Positions 1 to 10,031 are shown, numbered from the stretch's first letter. The stretch is 64,000 nucleotides of DNA from an uncultured Actinomycetes bacterium (GCA_963725665.1 CAVRZA010000004.1:192001-256000); one strand, 5' to 3'. Numbers and translations: made by a program. The notes: generated from the letters alone by a model not told the origin.

Positions 1-1380
1 CGGCTGCTTCATGATCGCCGAGAGGCGAAAGGCGGGCCGCATGTAGTCGGTGAAGACGAAGAAGGTGGCCACGTAGGGGCGCACGCCCCCGTGCAGGGCC
101 ATGCCGTTGCCGATCGCCGCCATGGCGTGCTCGCGCACGCCGAAGTGGAAGTTGCGCCCCGCGGGCGTCGTCGCCTGCTGGTCGGGCACGTCCTTGATCA
201 GGGTGTTGTTCGAGGGCGCGAGGTCGGCCGAGCCGCCGATCAAGGTGGGCAGACGCGGCGCCAGCGCGTTGATGACCTTGCCAGACGCCACGCGGGTCGC
301 GACCGCGCCGTCCTCGGGCTTGAACAGCGGCAGGTCGGCGTCCCAGCCCTCAGGCAGGGTCCGCGACCAGGCATCCTGCCACGCCTTCGCCCGGGCGAGG
401 TCGGACGCCCTCCACGCCTTGAGACGCTCGTTCCAGGCGGCGTGCGCGGCTGCGCCGCGTCGCGCCGCCTCCTCGTAGAACGCCCTAACCTCGTCGGGCA
501 CCAAGAAGGTCGGCTCGAGGGGCCAGCCGAGGTTCTCCTTGGTCAGCTTGACCTCGTCGGCGCCGAGCGGCGCGCCGTGGGCGCCGGCGGAGTCCTGCTT
601 GTTGGGCGAGCCGAAGGCGATGTGAGTGCGCACAGCGATGAACGACGGCCTGCCCGTCTCGGCCTTGGCCGCGGCGATCGCCGCGTCGATGGCCTCGAGG
701 TCGTTGCCGTCGCCGACGCGCTGCACGTGCCAGCCGTAGGCGGCGAAGCGCGCACACACGTCCTCGGTGAAGGCGAGGTCGGTCGAGCCGTCGATGGTGA
801 TGTGGTTGTCGTCGTAGATGACGATGAGCTTGCCGAGCTTCTGGTGGCCGGCGAACGACGCCGCCTCACTGCTCACGCCCTCCATCATGTCGCCGTCACC
901 GGCGAGCACGTAGGTGAAGTGGTCCATCACCTGCGGCCCGTCGCCGTTGAACGTGGCGGCCAGGAAGCGCTCGGCGACGGCCATGCCGACGGCGTTGGCG
1001 AAACCCTGGCCCAGAGGGCCGGTCGTCGTCTCGACGCCGGCGGTGTGGCCGTACTCGGGGTGCCCCGGGGTCCTGCTGCCCCACTGTCTGAAGGCGCGCA
1101 GGTCGTCGAGCGTCACGTCGTAGCCCGTGAGGTGAAGCAGGGAGTAGAGCAGCATGCTGGCATGGCCGGCCGACAGCACGAAGCGGTCGCGGTTTGGCCA
1201 AGCCGGGTCGGCCGGGTCGAAGCGCAGGTGCCGCGTGAACAGCGTGTGCGCTACGGGCGCCGCGCCCATCGGCATGCCGGGATGCCCGGAGTTGGCTTTC
1301 TGCACTCCGTCGACGGCGAGGAATCGGATCGTGTCGATGCAGCGTTCTTCGAGACTCTGTGCACTCGCCACTGGGATCAT
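1..1380 (-). CDS. tkt: Transketolase (5' part; runs off the window start)
   Basis: Manual translation of the minus strand from ATG at 1380 gives [42 protein letters not shown]. It later contains [17 protein letters not shown] and the TPP motif [17 protein letters not shown] upstream. Not in the ORF track because it is truncated. Confidence 0.95.
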   Translation of the reverse strand, partial: MIPVASAQSLEERCIDTIRFLAVDGVQKANSGHPGMPMGAAPVAHTLFTRHLRFDPADPAWPNRDRFVLSAGHASMLLYSLLHLTGYDVTLDDLRAFRQWGSRTPGHPEYGHTAGVETTTGPLGQGFANAVGMAVAERFLAATFNGDGPQVMDHFTYVLAGDGDMMEGVSSEAASFAGHQKLGKLIVIYDDNHITIDGSTDLAFTEDVCARFAAYGWHVQRVGDGNDLEAIDAAIAAAKAETGRPSFIAVRTHIAFGSPNKQDSAGAHGAPLGADEVKLTKENLGWPLEPTFLVPDEVRAFYEEAARRGAAAHAAWNERLKAWRASDLARAKAWQDAWSRTLPEGWDADLPLFKPEDGAVATRVASGKVINALAPRLPTLIGGSADLAPSNNTLIKDVPDQQATTPAGRNFHFGVREHAMAAIGNGMALHGGVRPYVATFFVFTDYMRPAFRLSAIMKQP

Positions 1381-1501
1381 CTGCGTCCTTTCGTCCCCGC
1401 CGTCACCAGGGCGATGCGGCGGACGCTCGTCCGCCTCGCCCCCACGGGCGGGATCGGGTGGGTGGTCGGCCGGACAGTGTTGCGCTCGCGGAGGCAGAGC
1501 C

Positions 1502-1542
1502 CGGCGGGCGCCCTCCCGCCCGAGGCGGGAGGGCGCCCGCCG
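1502..1542. terminator. Perfect 19-bp inverted repeat between the aminotransferase gene and tkt
   Basis: cggcgggcgccctcccgcc-cga-ggcgggagggcgcccgccg; no U-tract. Confidence 0.55.
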
Positions 1543-1578
1543 TCAGCGGGCGCGTGTCTTGGTCGTGGCGCGTAGGGC

Positions 1579-2685
1579 CTAGCCGAAGTACTCGCGGACG
1601 AACTTGACGAAGCGCTCGTTCTCGGCGACCGTGCCCGGCGTGACCCTGAAGTAGCCCTCTTTGCCGTTGATCGGCTTGATGGTCTTGATGAGGACCTGGT
1701 AGCCCTCCTTGGCGGCGTCGACCATCTCCTGCGACGTCTTGCCGGTCACGCCGGCGTCGACGAGCATGTAGTTGCCGTGCGGCGGGTAGGGCTTGAGGCC
1801 CTTGGCCTTCAGCTCCTCGACAAAGCGGTCCATCCACTCGTTGTTGTACTTGACCTTCTCCTTGACCTCCTCGGGGTTATCGAGGATCGCCTCGGCGGCC
1901 GCCATCGCCATCAGGCTCACGTTCCAGGGCAGGTACATGCGGCTGAAGGCCTCGACGAGCTCGGGCACGGCGACGACGTAGCCGAAACGCACACCCGCGA
2001 GGCCGTAGGCCTTGGAGAGGGTGTGCGAGAGGAACACGTGCGGGTACTTCTCGACGAGGTCGATCTTGGCCTCGACCTGCGGATGGTAGTCGAGGTAGGC
2101 CTCATCGACGCAGAGCGGGATGCCCAGCTCGCAGAACTTGGCCAGGTCGGCGTCGTCGATGAAGATCCCCGTCGGGTTGTTGGGGTTGATGATGAGCATC
2201 AACTTGGTCTTCTCGTTGACGGCCGCCAGCATCCCCTCGACGTCGTACTGCAGGTCGGGCTCGCGCAGCGGGATCTGGACGTTCACGCCGCCGCACAGGC
2301 CGGCGCGCGAGGGGAACATCTCGAACGTCGGGATCGAGCAGAGGAACTCGTCGCCCGGCTTCATGAAGATGCGCATCATCGCGTCGATGGTCTCGGAGGA
2401 CCCGTTGGCCACCGCGATGTTGTCCGGGCTCACGCCGTGCAGGTTGGCCAACTTCGTGCGCAGCCGCAGCATCCGGTCCGGGTAGCGGTTGCCCTGCTTG
2501 ATGATGTTGGCGGCCGCGTTGACGACCTTGTCGGAGGGCGGCACGGGGTTCTCGTTGAGCATCATGCGGCCCAACTCCGGATGCGCCCATGCGACGTCGC
2601 AGACGGCGATGCTGTACTGGGGCGCCGTCATCACCCACGGCATGAACAGGTCCTCTACCGGCTTCTTGATCTGCGCCATTCTCAT
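1579..2685 (-). CDS. HisC-family (class I/II) PLP aminotransferase
   Basis: Motifs LNENP, NRYPD, NGSSE, NPNNPTG, VDEAY and TLSKAYGLAGVRFGY (PLP lysine); not in a his operon. Confidence 0.9.
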   Translation of the reverse strand: MRMAQIKKPVEDLFMPWVMTAPQYSIAVCDVAWAHPELGRMMLNENPVPPSDKVVNAAANIIKQGNRYPDRMLRLRTKLANLHGVSPDNIAVANGSSETIDAMMRIFMKPGDEFLCSIPTFEMFPSRAGLCGGVNVQIPLREPDLQYDVEGMLAAVNEKTKLMLIINPNNPTGIFIDDADLAKFCELGIPLCVDEAYLDYHPQVEAKIDLVEKYPHVFLSHTLSKAYGLAGVRFGYVVAVPELVEAFSRMYLPWNVSLMAMAAAEAILDNPEEVKEKVKYNNEWMDRFVEELKAKGLKPYPPHGNYMLVDAGVTGKTSQEMVDAAKEGYQVLIKTIKPINGKEGYFRVTPGTVAENERFVKFVREYFG

Positions 2686-2712
2686 CCGTCCTTCCTCGTC
2701 AGGGGATCGTCG

Positions 2713-3936
2713 TCAAGCGGGTGTCGGAGCCGCGAAGCAGCTTCCTTCGAGGCACTTGCCTGCGAACTCGACCATGTCGTTGGTGGCCTTGCTGAACTGC
2801 TCCGCCGTCTTCACCAGCGCCGGGTGCGTGTTGTACTCGTCCCTGGTGTAGCCGTCCTCGCGGTAGGCGCGCTCGAAATAGGGCACGCGGAGCAGCTTGT
2901 CCATGACCTCCTCGGGGAAATCCTGCCAGATGCGCCCGCCGTCGTATGTGATGTCCTGGGGGGTGGGGAAGAAGAGCAGCTCGTCGATCAATCCCGGCGG
3001 GCAGGTGACGATGATGTCGCCGCCGGCCTTCTCCTCCAGGTGCCAGATGCGCGTCTTGCCGTCGACGGTCGGTCCCAGACGCAGCGAGCACGACAGCATC
3101 TTGCTCGGGTAGCCGCGCTCCTTGACCGTGCGGTAGGCCTTCTTGAAGATGGCCAGTTCCGCCGTGCGCACATCGGCCTCGGTGAGCTCGATGCCCTCCT
3201 CCTTGGCGAAGTCGCGCAGGCCGCCGAGGTCGCCGTAGCGGGCCTCCATGTGGGTGATCACGGAGCGCCACTTCGAGAGGTCGACGCCGTTGGCCTTGGC
3301 CTTCTCGAGACCCCGCACGACGGTCTTCGCGCAGTCCAGGAGCTGCGACAGGACGAAGGTGAGCGTGTTGTTGGTCGGTATGCCGCGCGAGGTGAGCTCC
3401 TCGATGAGCTGGTAGCCCTGCTTCGTGCCGGGGCACTTGACCATGACGTTCGGGTTGACGGCGTGGATCTCGAGCGCCTGGGCGAGCATCGCGTCGTAGT
3501 CGAAGCAGGAGCGCGGGTCGACCTGGCCCGAGAGGAAGCCCTCCTTGTAGCCGGAGGCCTCGAAGAGGGGCAAGAACATGTCCGATCCGGCCTTCACTAC
3601 CTCTTTGTAGAGCAGCCAGAAGAGCGACTCCTTGTCGAGACCGTCGTGCTCTTCCATAAGACGTTGAGCGACCTTCTCCCAGCGCGGCGGATCGTCCTTG
3701 ATCGCCTGCAAGGAGAGGGGCGGGTTGGTGGTGACCCCGCGGAACAGCTGGCCGAGGGGGTTGTCTCTGTCGTACATGCGCGCGAAATTGCGTCTCAGGG
3801 TCTCCTTGTCGCCCTCGTCCGCCTTGGCCAGCTCCGTCTTGGTGAAGTTCTCGAAGATCACCGGGGAGGAGTCCCACCAGATCTCCATGCCGGGACTCAC
3901 GGCGACCAGCGTCTCCATCAGGTTGTGTTCTTGCAT
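2713..3936 (-). CDS. Transaldolase/fructose-6-phosphate aldolase family protein (atypical active site)
   Basis: WWDS, RGVTTNP, SGQVDP, Schiff-base NVMVKCPGT, TNNTLTF. Confidence 0.85.
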   Translation of the reverse strand: MQEHNLMETLVAVSPGMEIWWDSSPVIFENFTKTELAKADEGDKETLRRNFARMYDRDNPLGQLFRGVTTNPPLSLQAIKDDPPRWEKVAQRLMEEHDGLDKESLFWLLYKEVVKAGSDMFLPLFEASGYKEGFLSGQVDPRSCFDYDAMLAQALEIHAVNPNVMVKCPGTKQGYQLIEELTSRGIPTNNTLTFVLSQLLDCAKTVVRGLEKAKANGVDLSKWRSVITHMEARYGDLGGLRDFAKEEGIELTEADVRTAELAIFKKAYRTVKERGYPSKMLSCSLRLGPTVDGKTRIWHLEEKAGGDIIVTCPPGLIDELLFFPTPQDITYDGGRIWQDFPEEVMDKLLRVPYFERAYREDGYTRDEYNTHPALVKTAEQFSKATNDMVEFAGKCLEGSCFAAPTPA

Positions 3937-4025
3937 GTCTCCTCCTAGCTTCTAGGCTGAAGTGGATAGGGCGCTTCCGGCCCAAACAGCGGGCTCTTGT
4001 GGCCGGCCCCCGGCCGGGCGCGCCC

Positions 4026-4979
4026 TCATTGGTCTGCGAGCCATTTCGGATAGTCGGGGTCGGCGAAGCCGCGCTCGGCGCGTCCGACGCGCTCCATGGC
4101 CCATTCCATGTAGTCGAAATCGATCTTCGACACCGTGTGCTGGATCATCGCCCACACGTCCCACCAGATGGCGGAGACGATCTTGTAGAGCATCATGCGG
4201 CCGAAGAGACGCTCGTCCATGTGGCCCAGGTAGACTTCGATGACGAGCCGCTCCTCCTCACGCGAGTACGGGTGCTCCATGACGTGGTCGCCGAGGTCGA
4301 AGTACGGGTCGGTCATGCCGCCGTACTCCCAGTCGATGATCCACATCTTGCCGTCGGCGTCGATGATGAAGTTCTCCGAGAGCAGGTCGTTCTGGCAAGC
4401 GACGTCGGGGACGGGGTTGCGCGCCGTCGCCTCTTCGATCTCGTCCATTCGCTTCAGCATCGCGGCGAGACGGTCCGGCATGGGAGTGTTGATCTCGCGC
4501 GAGACCTTCGTGTAGCGGCGTAGCATGTCGAAGATCTCGATCTTGTTGCTGAAGACGGCCTTGTCGTGGTACACGCGGACCGCCTCGACGGCCTGCTTGA
4601 TGCGCTCCGGGTGCCCGGCCATCGTGTCGGGGTGCATGACCTCGCCGTCGACGAAGTCGATGACCATGGCCTTCTCGGGCTCGATGACGTGGGCGACCTG
4701 GGGGGCCGTGCCGATCCTGGCCGCCTCGAGCATGCACTCGCGCTCGATGTCGCGGTCGATGAACATGTCGGTGCCGGCCCCGGGCACGCGCAGTACGTAC
4801 TTGCCGCCGCCGGGGTTGCCCCAGCCGCCGTTCACCCAGATGATGTAGTTGTGGTTGGTGATGCCGCCCGGGAGCTCCTCCCAGCGGATGTCCTTGCCCT
4901 TCCAGTCGTCGATGCGCGCCACGGCCTCTTCGGGAGTCAGTCCGTGTGCCTTGTGGGTCTCGGTCGTCTCGCCTCCCAT
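4026..4979 (-). CDS. Choline/ethanolamine kinase family phosphotransferase
   Basis: LPGGITNHNY, YVLRVPG, IDRDIE, Brenner motif CQNDLLSENF, IIDWEYGGMTDPYFDL. Start chosen at the ATG after the AAGGAGG RBS. Confidence 0.88.
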   Translation of the reverse strand: MGGETTETHKAHGLTPEEAVARIDDWKGKDIRWEELPGGITNHNYIIWVNGGWGNPGGGKYVLRVPGAGTDMFIDRDIERECMLEAARIGTAPQVAHVIEPEKAMVIDFVDGEVMHPDTMAGHPERIKQAVEAVRVYHDKAVFSNKIEIFDMLRRYTKVSREINTPMPDRLAAMLKRMDEIEEATARNPVPDVACQNDLLSENFIIDADGKMWIIDWEYGGMTDPYFDLGDHVMEHPYSREEERLVIEVYLGHMDERLFGRMMLYKIVSAIWWDVWAMIQHTVSKIDFDYMEWAMERVGRAERGFADPDYPKWLADQ

Positions 4980-5060
4980 TCCCCCTCCTTCTCTCATCTG
5001 CCGGTTGCAGCGGTGGGAAAGCCTGGTCTTCCCCGTCGCGTAGGAACGTTGCGGATCATC

Positions 5061-6443
5061 TCAGGAGACCGGGACCTCGAGTCCCATGGCGGCAAGTTCG
5101 GAGCGAACCTCGTCCATCACCTTGAGGTAGTCATCATTGATGATCCGCTTGCTCTTCGGGTCGTAAACCTCCTGGAAAGTGAGTCCTTTCTCGGGATCCT
5201 TCAGCTTGTCGCCGAACAGTGGATAGAGCTTCTGCGCGATCGGCTCGGCCTGCGCGCGCGTCAGCTTGGCGGCGGCGAGGCCCATCTCGGCGTGGAACTT
5301 GTGGTCGTCGGGCACCAGCGAGTCGGACTGCACCGCCATCGCCGGGTGGCCGGAGAAGACGTTGCCGCCGGAGGTCACCACAGCGAGCAGGTAGCAGGCC
5401 ATCTCGTGGTGGTACTGCTTGGTCCCCGAGCCGCCGCCGAGGTAGGGCAGGTTGACCATCGGGTAGCGCATGTTGCGCCCGATGGCCGCGTTCGACATGG
5501 CGATCGCCCAGATCAGCGGCTTCGTCGATGAGAGGTGCAGCTTGCTGTGCAGCGGTGCGTTGTAGTGGTAGCTGCCGCGGAAGATCAGGTTGCCCATGAT
5601 CATGTAGCAGGTCGCCGTGACGGCCACGCCCTCGGCGCCGCCCGCGTAGCCCCCGAAGAGCGGCGTCGAGGTCGAGCCGATGTTGGCGCTGATGCTGTTG
5701 TAGAAGGCCACCTTCTGCAGCGCCTCGTAACCGACCACCATCTCGCTGAGGAAGTCGATGAGGAAGCCGTCGCTGGGGCGCAGGCCGAAGTCGGGATAGC
5801 TGGCGGCGAACATCGAAGCCGGCTGCGAGGCGGCCGAGATGCCGTTGATGATGGGCAGGCCGGCGCGGCCCGACCGGCGTATCCCCTCGCGCGCCAGGCG
5901 CACCGTCTTGCACGCGGCGAGGACCTCCTGCGGCGAGCGCACGCGCGCATCCCTGCCGCGGAGGTGCAGGATCGACGGGACGCTCACCGAGTCGACGATG
6001 CTGAAGGACGCCATCTTCTCGACGGTATCCATGTAGACCTGCTCGTCGGTGGTGTAGATGCCGCCGCCCACGTGCACCCACGGACGGTCGTCCGTGGTGT
6101 CGGGGCGGCGGCCGTACATCGTCTTGCGCTCACGTCCCTCGCCGAAGGTCGCGCCGGTGGGGCACTGTGCGCAGGCGGTGAGGATCTCGTCGCGCGTGAA
6201 CTCCATGACGCGGTTGGTCTCGGGGCAGTAGCCGCCGGCCTCGGCCAGCAGGTCGACGGCCGCCTGGAAGACCCGGTCCGTAAGGTCGTCGTCGGTGTTG
6301 ATGATGGTCTCTCTGTCCCACTTGATCTGATGGCGCACGATCAGCTCGGCGAGCTTGGGGACGTAGCGCTTCATGTAGTAGTCGATCTCCGAGGTGAGCG
6401 GACCAGTCTCGGCGCGATCGAATACCTCGATCAGGTCAATCAT
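5061..6443 (-). CDS. Monomethylamine:corrinoid methyltransferase (MtmB) family, non-pyrrolysine
   Basis: 460 aa; DRAETGP N-terminus, DDDLTDRVFQAAVDLL, PLFGGYAGGAEG, C-terminal KGLTFQEVYD; no in-frame TAG. Confidence 0.85.
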   Translation of the reverse strand: MIDLIEVFDRAETGPLTSEIDYYMKRYVPKLAELIVRHQIKWDRETIINTDDDLTDRVFQAAVDLLAEAGGYCPETNRVMEFTRDEILTACAQCPTGATFGEGRERKTMYGRRPDTTDDRPWVHVGGGIYTTDEQVYMDTVEKMASFSIVDSVSVPSILHLRGRDARVRSPQEVLAACKTVRLAREGIRRSGRAGLPIINGISAASQPASMFAASYPDFGLRPSDGFLIDFLSEMVVGYEALQKVAFYNSISANIGSTSTPLFGGYAGGAEGVAVTATCYMIMGNLIFRGSYHYNAPLHSKLHLSSTKPLIWAIAMSNAAIGRNMRYPMVNLPYLGGGSGTKQYHHEMACYLLAVVTSGGNVFSGHPAMAVQSDSLVPDDHKFHAEMGLAAAKLTRAQAEPIAQKLYPLFGDKLKDPEKGLTFQEVYDPKSKRIINDDYLKVMDEVRSELAAMGLEVPVS

Positions 6444-6530
6444 TGAATGCTCCTTCAGGTCGGGCCGCCGTTGGCGCGGGGTTGCGGGTCGACGACGCCG
6501 TCATCGCGAAGTCGCTCTCGGCGCCCGTCG

Positions 6531-7175
6531 TCACGCGAGCTCCGTAGCCACCATCACGGCTTCGTAGGCCGAGGCCGCCCAGCCGTCGGCGCCGATCTGG
6601 TCGGCCCACGCCTGAGTGGTAGCCCCACCTCCGACCATGACCTGGTACTTGTCGCGCGTCCCTTGCTCCTTGAGCGCTTCGATCAGGTCGCGCTGCCCTA
6701 CCAGCGTAGTGGTCAGCAAGGCAGACATGGCGATGATGTCCGCGTCGACCTCCTTCGCCTTGTCGACGAACTTGAAGAGGTCGACGTCGATGCCCAGGTC
6801 CCAGACCTCGAAGCCCGACGTCTCGAAGAGGAGTCTGAGGATGTTCTTGCCGATCGAATGCAGGTCGCCCTTGACCGTGCCGAGGACGATCTTGCCCTTC
6901 TTGGGCCCCTCGCCGCCGCTCTCCCTGATCTTTGGCTCGAGGATCTCCATGGCCGCTTGAAAGGCCAGCGCGGCCTGCATCAGCTCGGGCAGGAAGATCT
7001 CCTCGCACTCGAACTGCTCGCCGATCACGTTGAGCCCGGGCAGAAGCCCCTGATCGATGATGGCTTTCGCCTCGACACCCTCGGCGAGGGCATCGTCGAC
7101 CGCCGCGAGGACCGCGTCCTGGTCCTGGTCGATGACCGCCTGCTTGAGCTTCTCAAAGACCTGTTCGTCTGTCAT
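6531..7175 (-). CDS. Methyltransferase cognate corrinoid protein (MtmC/MttC-like)
   Basis: Cap domain EIFLPEL, B12 motif GTVKGDLHSIGKN, SALLTTT, VMVGG. Confidence 0.93.
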   Translation of the reverse strand: MTDEQVFEKLKQAVIDQDQDAVLAAVDDALAEGVEAKAIIDQGLLPGLNVIGEQFECEEIFLPELMQAALAFQAAMEILEPKIRESGGEGPKKGKIVLGTVKGDLHSIGKNILRLLFETSGFEVWDLGIDVDLFKFVDKAKEVDADIIAMSALLTTTLVGQRDLIEALKEQGTRDKYQVMVGGGATTQAWADQIGADGWAASAYEAVMVATELA

Positions 7176-7253
7176 CTGGTGCGCTCCCTGTCCCTTCTTC
7201 AGCCTGCGCTGTTGTTCAGGCCGATCGTCGCCCGTGTCGTGGCCGCCGGGTCG

Positions 7254-8711
7254 TCACGCCCGCGCTTCTTCCAGGGGCACGGCGTCGCCGGCGACGATGC
7301 CGGGGAAGCGTTCCCTGATGGCATCGTCGAGGTCGGCGTCCCACACCGCCGGATTGGCCTGCGAAAGGATGCGCAGCGCCTCGGCGAGCGCGCGCGAGCG
7401 GATCTCGGGCCGTCCCGCATCCTCCCACTGGGGCCGCATGCCGCGGTCGGCCAGCCGCGGCAGCACCGCGGTGGTCCGCATGCGCGCCTTCGTGTGCTTG
7501 CGGCCCATGTAGCTGCCGCCGGGGCCGACCGCGGCGATCTCGTCGATGGCCAGGTTCTCGTCGCTGAACTCGAGGCCCCGCCAGACGCGCTTGTCCATGA
7601 GCGCGACCTCGTTGTCGATGACGCACTTGGCGAAGTCGAAGGCCATGAGCGAGCTCAGGAGGCCGCCCATGTTGAGCAGCGTCGCGCCGGCGGCGACGCC
7701 GAGGAGCGTGTTCATCCCCGTTTCAAAGCCCGACTGCGCGTCGTTGGCGTGCGCGTTGGTGAGGCCGATGTAGCCCCCGGAGGGCACGTCGTAGTAGCGC
7801 GCCATCTGCGCCACGCCAGCCAGGAGCATGCCGGTCTCGATGGCGCCGGGGGCGTAGGCGCCCGTGCGCATGTCCGCCACGGTGGGCAGGCTGGCGTAGA
7901 TCACCGGTGTGCCCTCGGCGACCATCTGCTGCAGCGCGGTGATTGCGAGGAACTCGGCATTGGCGACGACCAGACAGCCCAGCAGCGTCATCGGCGCCGT
8001 GAGCCCCGCGTTGGGCACCACCGTCGTGTAGACGGGCAGGCGCCGCTCCGTGAGCCACATGACCGCCTCGGTCGAGTCGACGTCCATCGTGAGTGGGCTG
8101 ACCATGGGGCAGTAGTGGTGGTTGATGATCGGGCGCTCACGGTAGGCATCCGCGCCCCCGGCGATGAGCTCGCCAAGCGCGATCACCTGGCGTAGGTCGT
8201 CCATGGTGGGCGTGTTGCTGCGCACCGGCTTGAGGCAGTTCTTCAGCGCGGGATAGAAGCGGCTCAGGCTGTGCTGCCCGGGCGGGGCGTCGTCGGCCAG
8301 CGTAGAGATGCTGAAGACGTCGAACCCGGGCAGCTCGTTGATGAGGTAGGCGATAGTGGCGATGTCGGTGGAAGTCGCGCGGCGTTCTACGCCGGTGACC
8401 GGGTCGACCACGTTGGGCGCCGAGGAGCCGGTGACGACGACGGGACCGTCGTCGGGGATGGTGCGGTCGAACCCGGGGTCGCGGCCGCGGAACGTGAAGC
8501 TGCCCGGCGCCATCGTGCGATATCTCTCCACGACGGCGCCGGGCAGCTTCACGAGGCCGGTCTCGTCGTCGACGAGGCACCCATGCTGGGCGAGTATCTC
8601 TCTCGCGCGCGCGTTGTGCGCGAGGACGCCGACCGACTCGAGGACCTCGAGCGAGGCCTCGTGGGTGCGCTCGACCTCCTCCGGCGTGAGCAGTTCGAAG
8701 AACGCTGCCAT
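7254..8711 (-). CDS. Trimethylamine methyltransferase (MttB superfamily), non-pyrrolysine
   Basis: HEASLEVLESVGV, AGLTAPMTLLG, DMRTG, YYDVPSGGYIGLTNAHANDAQSGFE (Leu at the Pyl-equivalent site), VGPGGSYM. Confidence 0.92.
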   Translation of the reverse strand: MAAFFELLTPEEVERTHEASLEVLESVGVLAHNARAREILAQHGCLVDDETGLVKLPGAVVERYRTMAPGSFTFRGRDPGFDRTIPDDGPVVVTGSSAPNVVDPVTGVERRATSTDIATIAYLINELPGFDVFSISTLADDAPPGQHSLSRFYPALKNCLKPVRSNTPTMDDLRQVIALGELIAGGADAYRERPIINHHYCPMVSPLTMDVDSTEAVMWLTERRLPVYTTVVPNAGLTAPMTLLGCLVVANAEFLAITALQQMVAEGTPVIYASLPTVADMRTGAYAPGAIETGMLLAGVAQMARYYDVPSGGYIGLTNAHANDAQSGFETGMNTLLGVAAGATLLNMGGLLSSLMAFDFAKCVIDNEVALMDKRVWRGLEFSDENLAIDEIAAVGPGGSYMGRKHTKARMRTTAVLPRLADRGMRPQWEDAGRPEIRSRALAEALRILSQANPAVWDADLDDAIRERFPGIVAGDAVPLEEARA

Positions 8712-8716
8712 CAGGC

Positions 8717-10006
8717 CTACACCTCACTCTCGCCGGCGGGGGCCGGGGTGGCGGGGGACTGGGCACGGGCGGGATCCGAGCCAGCGACGACGGCCGCCGA
8801 CGCGGCGATCTCGGCCAGCTCTGCAATGTGGCTCTCAATGAACTCAATCAACTTCACCTGATGCTCGAGGTACATGAGGTACTCGTCGTCGTTGCGCGCT
8901 GTCTTGTCCTCGTAGTAGGCGGTGACGTCCCAGTTGAGTACGTACAGGTTGCCGTTGGCGATCATGCGCGGCAGCAGCGCCAGCTCGGCCGCCGACATGG
9001 GACCGGGCTCGTCGTGCCTGGCAGCCTCGTCCTGGTAGGCGCGCACGAAGATGGCGGTCTTGTCGAGCCACAGCTCACCGCTGTCCGGCCCCTCCCAGGA
9101 GCTGCAGAAGTACGCCAGGGCGAGGCCCAGGTCAAAGAGGCGGTAGTCGAGCTTCGACCAGTCGAAGTCGAAGAAGCCGGTGCACGAGGACCCAGACCAC
9201 TCCACGGGGCGCATCGCGACGGCCTCCTGGTCGACCCACTTGAGGTTGCCGGGGTGGAAGTCGCAGTGCACTGGGATGAAGGGCATCCCCAGCAGCTGTG
9301 GCTCGATCGCGGTCCCCTTCTCGATGACCTCGAGGATCGCCGGCAGCTTGGCGAGGAAGTATTCGTCACTGCGCGTGTCGGTCGCTTGGGTCGCGCAGTC
9401 CTTGAAGGTGGCCGGAAGGCTGCGCAGCAGGTCCATGATCGGCGGCTGTTCGCGGGCGAGGCCTCGCGGATCGAAGTCGTGAGCGCAATAGTGGAAGTCG
9501 GACAGCACGCGCGCCGCGCTGTCAAGCTCTCTGTCGGTGCAGCGGTTCTTGACCCACGTGTACCTGTCCGCGCCGCTGAGCATCTCGTAGACGGCGAAGA
9601 AACGCACGAGCGTTCCGCCGTCGAGGACCTCCTCCCGAGTGACGAACGTGCCCGCGGCTTTGGTCGGGAAGACCTGCGCCGCCAAGTGGAAGCCTTTGCG
9701 GTTGATGTGACTCACGAGCGCGTGCTCGAAGCGGACTTCGCGCTCGGTGATGGCGCGGTTGTACTTGCGCACGAAGTAGCGGCGCTCACCGCTGCCGTCG
9801 TCGGCCCAGATGGCGAAGCTCAGGTTGACGTAGCCGCCGGTGATCTGTTCGATGCGCACGAACGCGCCCAGGTCGTAGTCGGTGGTGAAGACCTCGACGA
9901 GCTGCCCGGCGAGGAACTCCCATTCCAGCACGTCGCGCAGATGCGTGGTCTCCGCGACGAGGCTCTTCGTCAGCTCGAACAGCTCGTTCGCTCGCCGTAT
10001 GTCCAC
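8717..10006 (-). CDS. APH / type II homoserine kinase-like phosphotransferase
   Basis: ITGGYVNLSF, VHCDFHPGN, FFDFDW, DYRLFDL. Confidence 0.85.
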   Translation of the reverse strand: MDIRRANELFELTKSLVAETTHLRDVLEWEFLAGQLVEVFTTDYDLGAFVRIEQITGGYVNLSFAIWADDGSGERRYFVRKYNRAITEREVRFEHALVSHINRKGFHLAAQVFPTKAAGTFVTREEVLDGGTLVRFFAVYEMLSGADRYTWVKNRCTDRELDSAARVLSDFHYCAHDFDPRGLAREQPPIMDLLRSLPATFKDCATQATDTRSDEYFLAKLPAILEVIEKGTAIEPQLLGMPFIPVHCDFHPGNLKWVDQEAVAMRPVEWSGSSCTGFFDFDWSKLDYRLFDLGLALAYFCSSWEGPDSGELWLDKTAIFVRAYQDEAARHDEPGPMSAAELALLPRMIANGNLYVLNWDVTAYYEDKTARNDDEYLMYLEHQVKLIEFIESHIAELAEIAASAAVVAGSDPARAQSPATPAPAGESEV

Positions 10007-10031
10007 AGCGCTCCCCCTCAGATCCGTGCCT

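Noticed and set aside
91-3948. Long plus-strand ORFs 91-1575 and 1777-3948 (and similar ones such as 6447-8195, 14401-16200, 17722-20109, 46289-48058)
   Set aside because: Antisense shadows of real genes, typical of high-GC DNA; no recognisable motifs.
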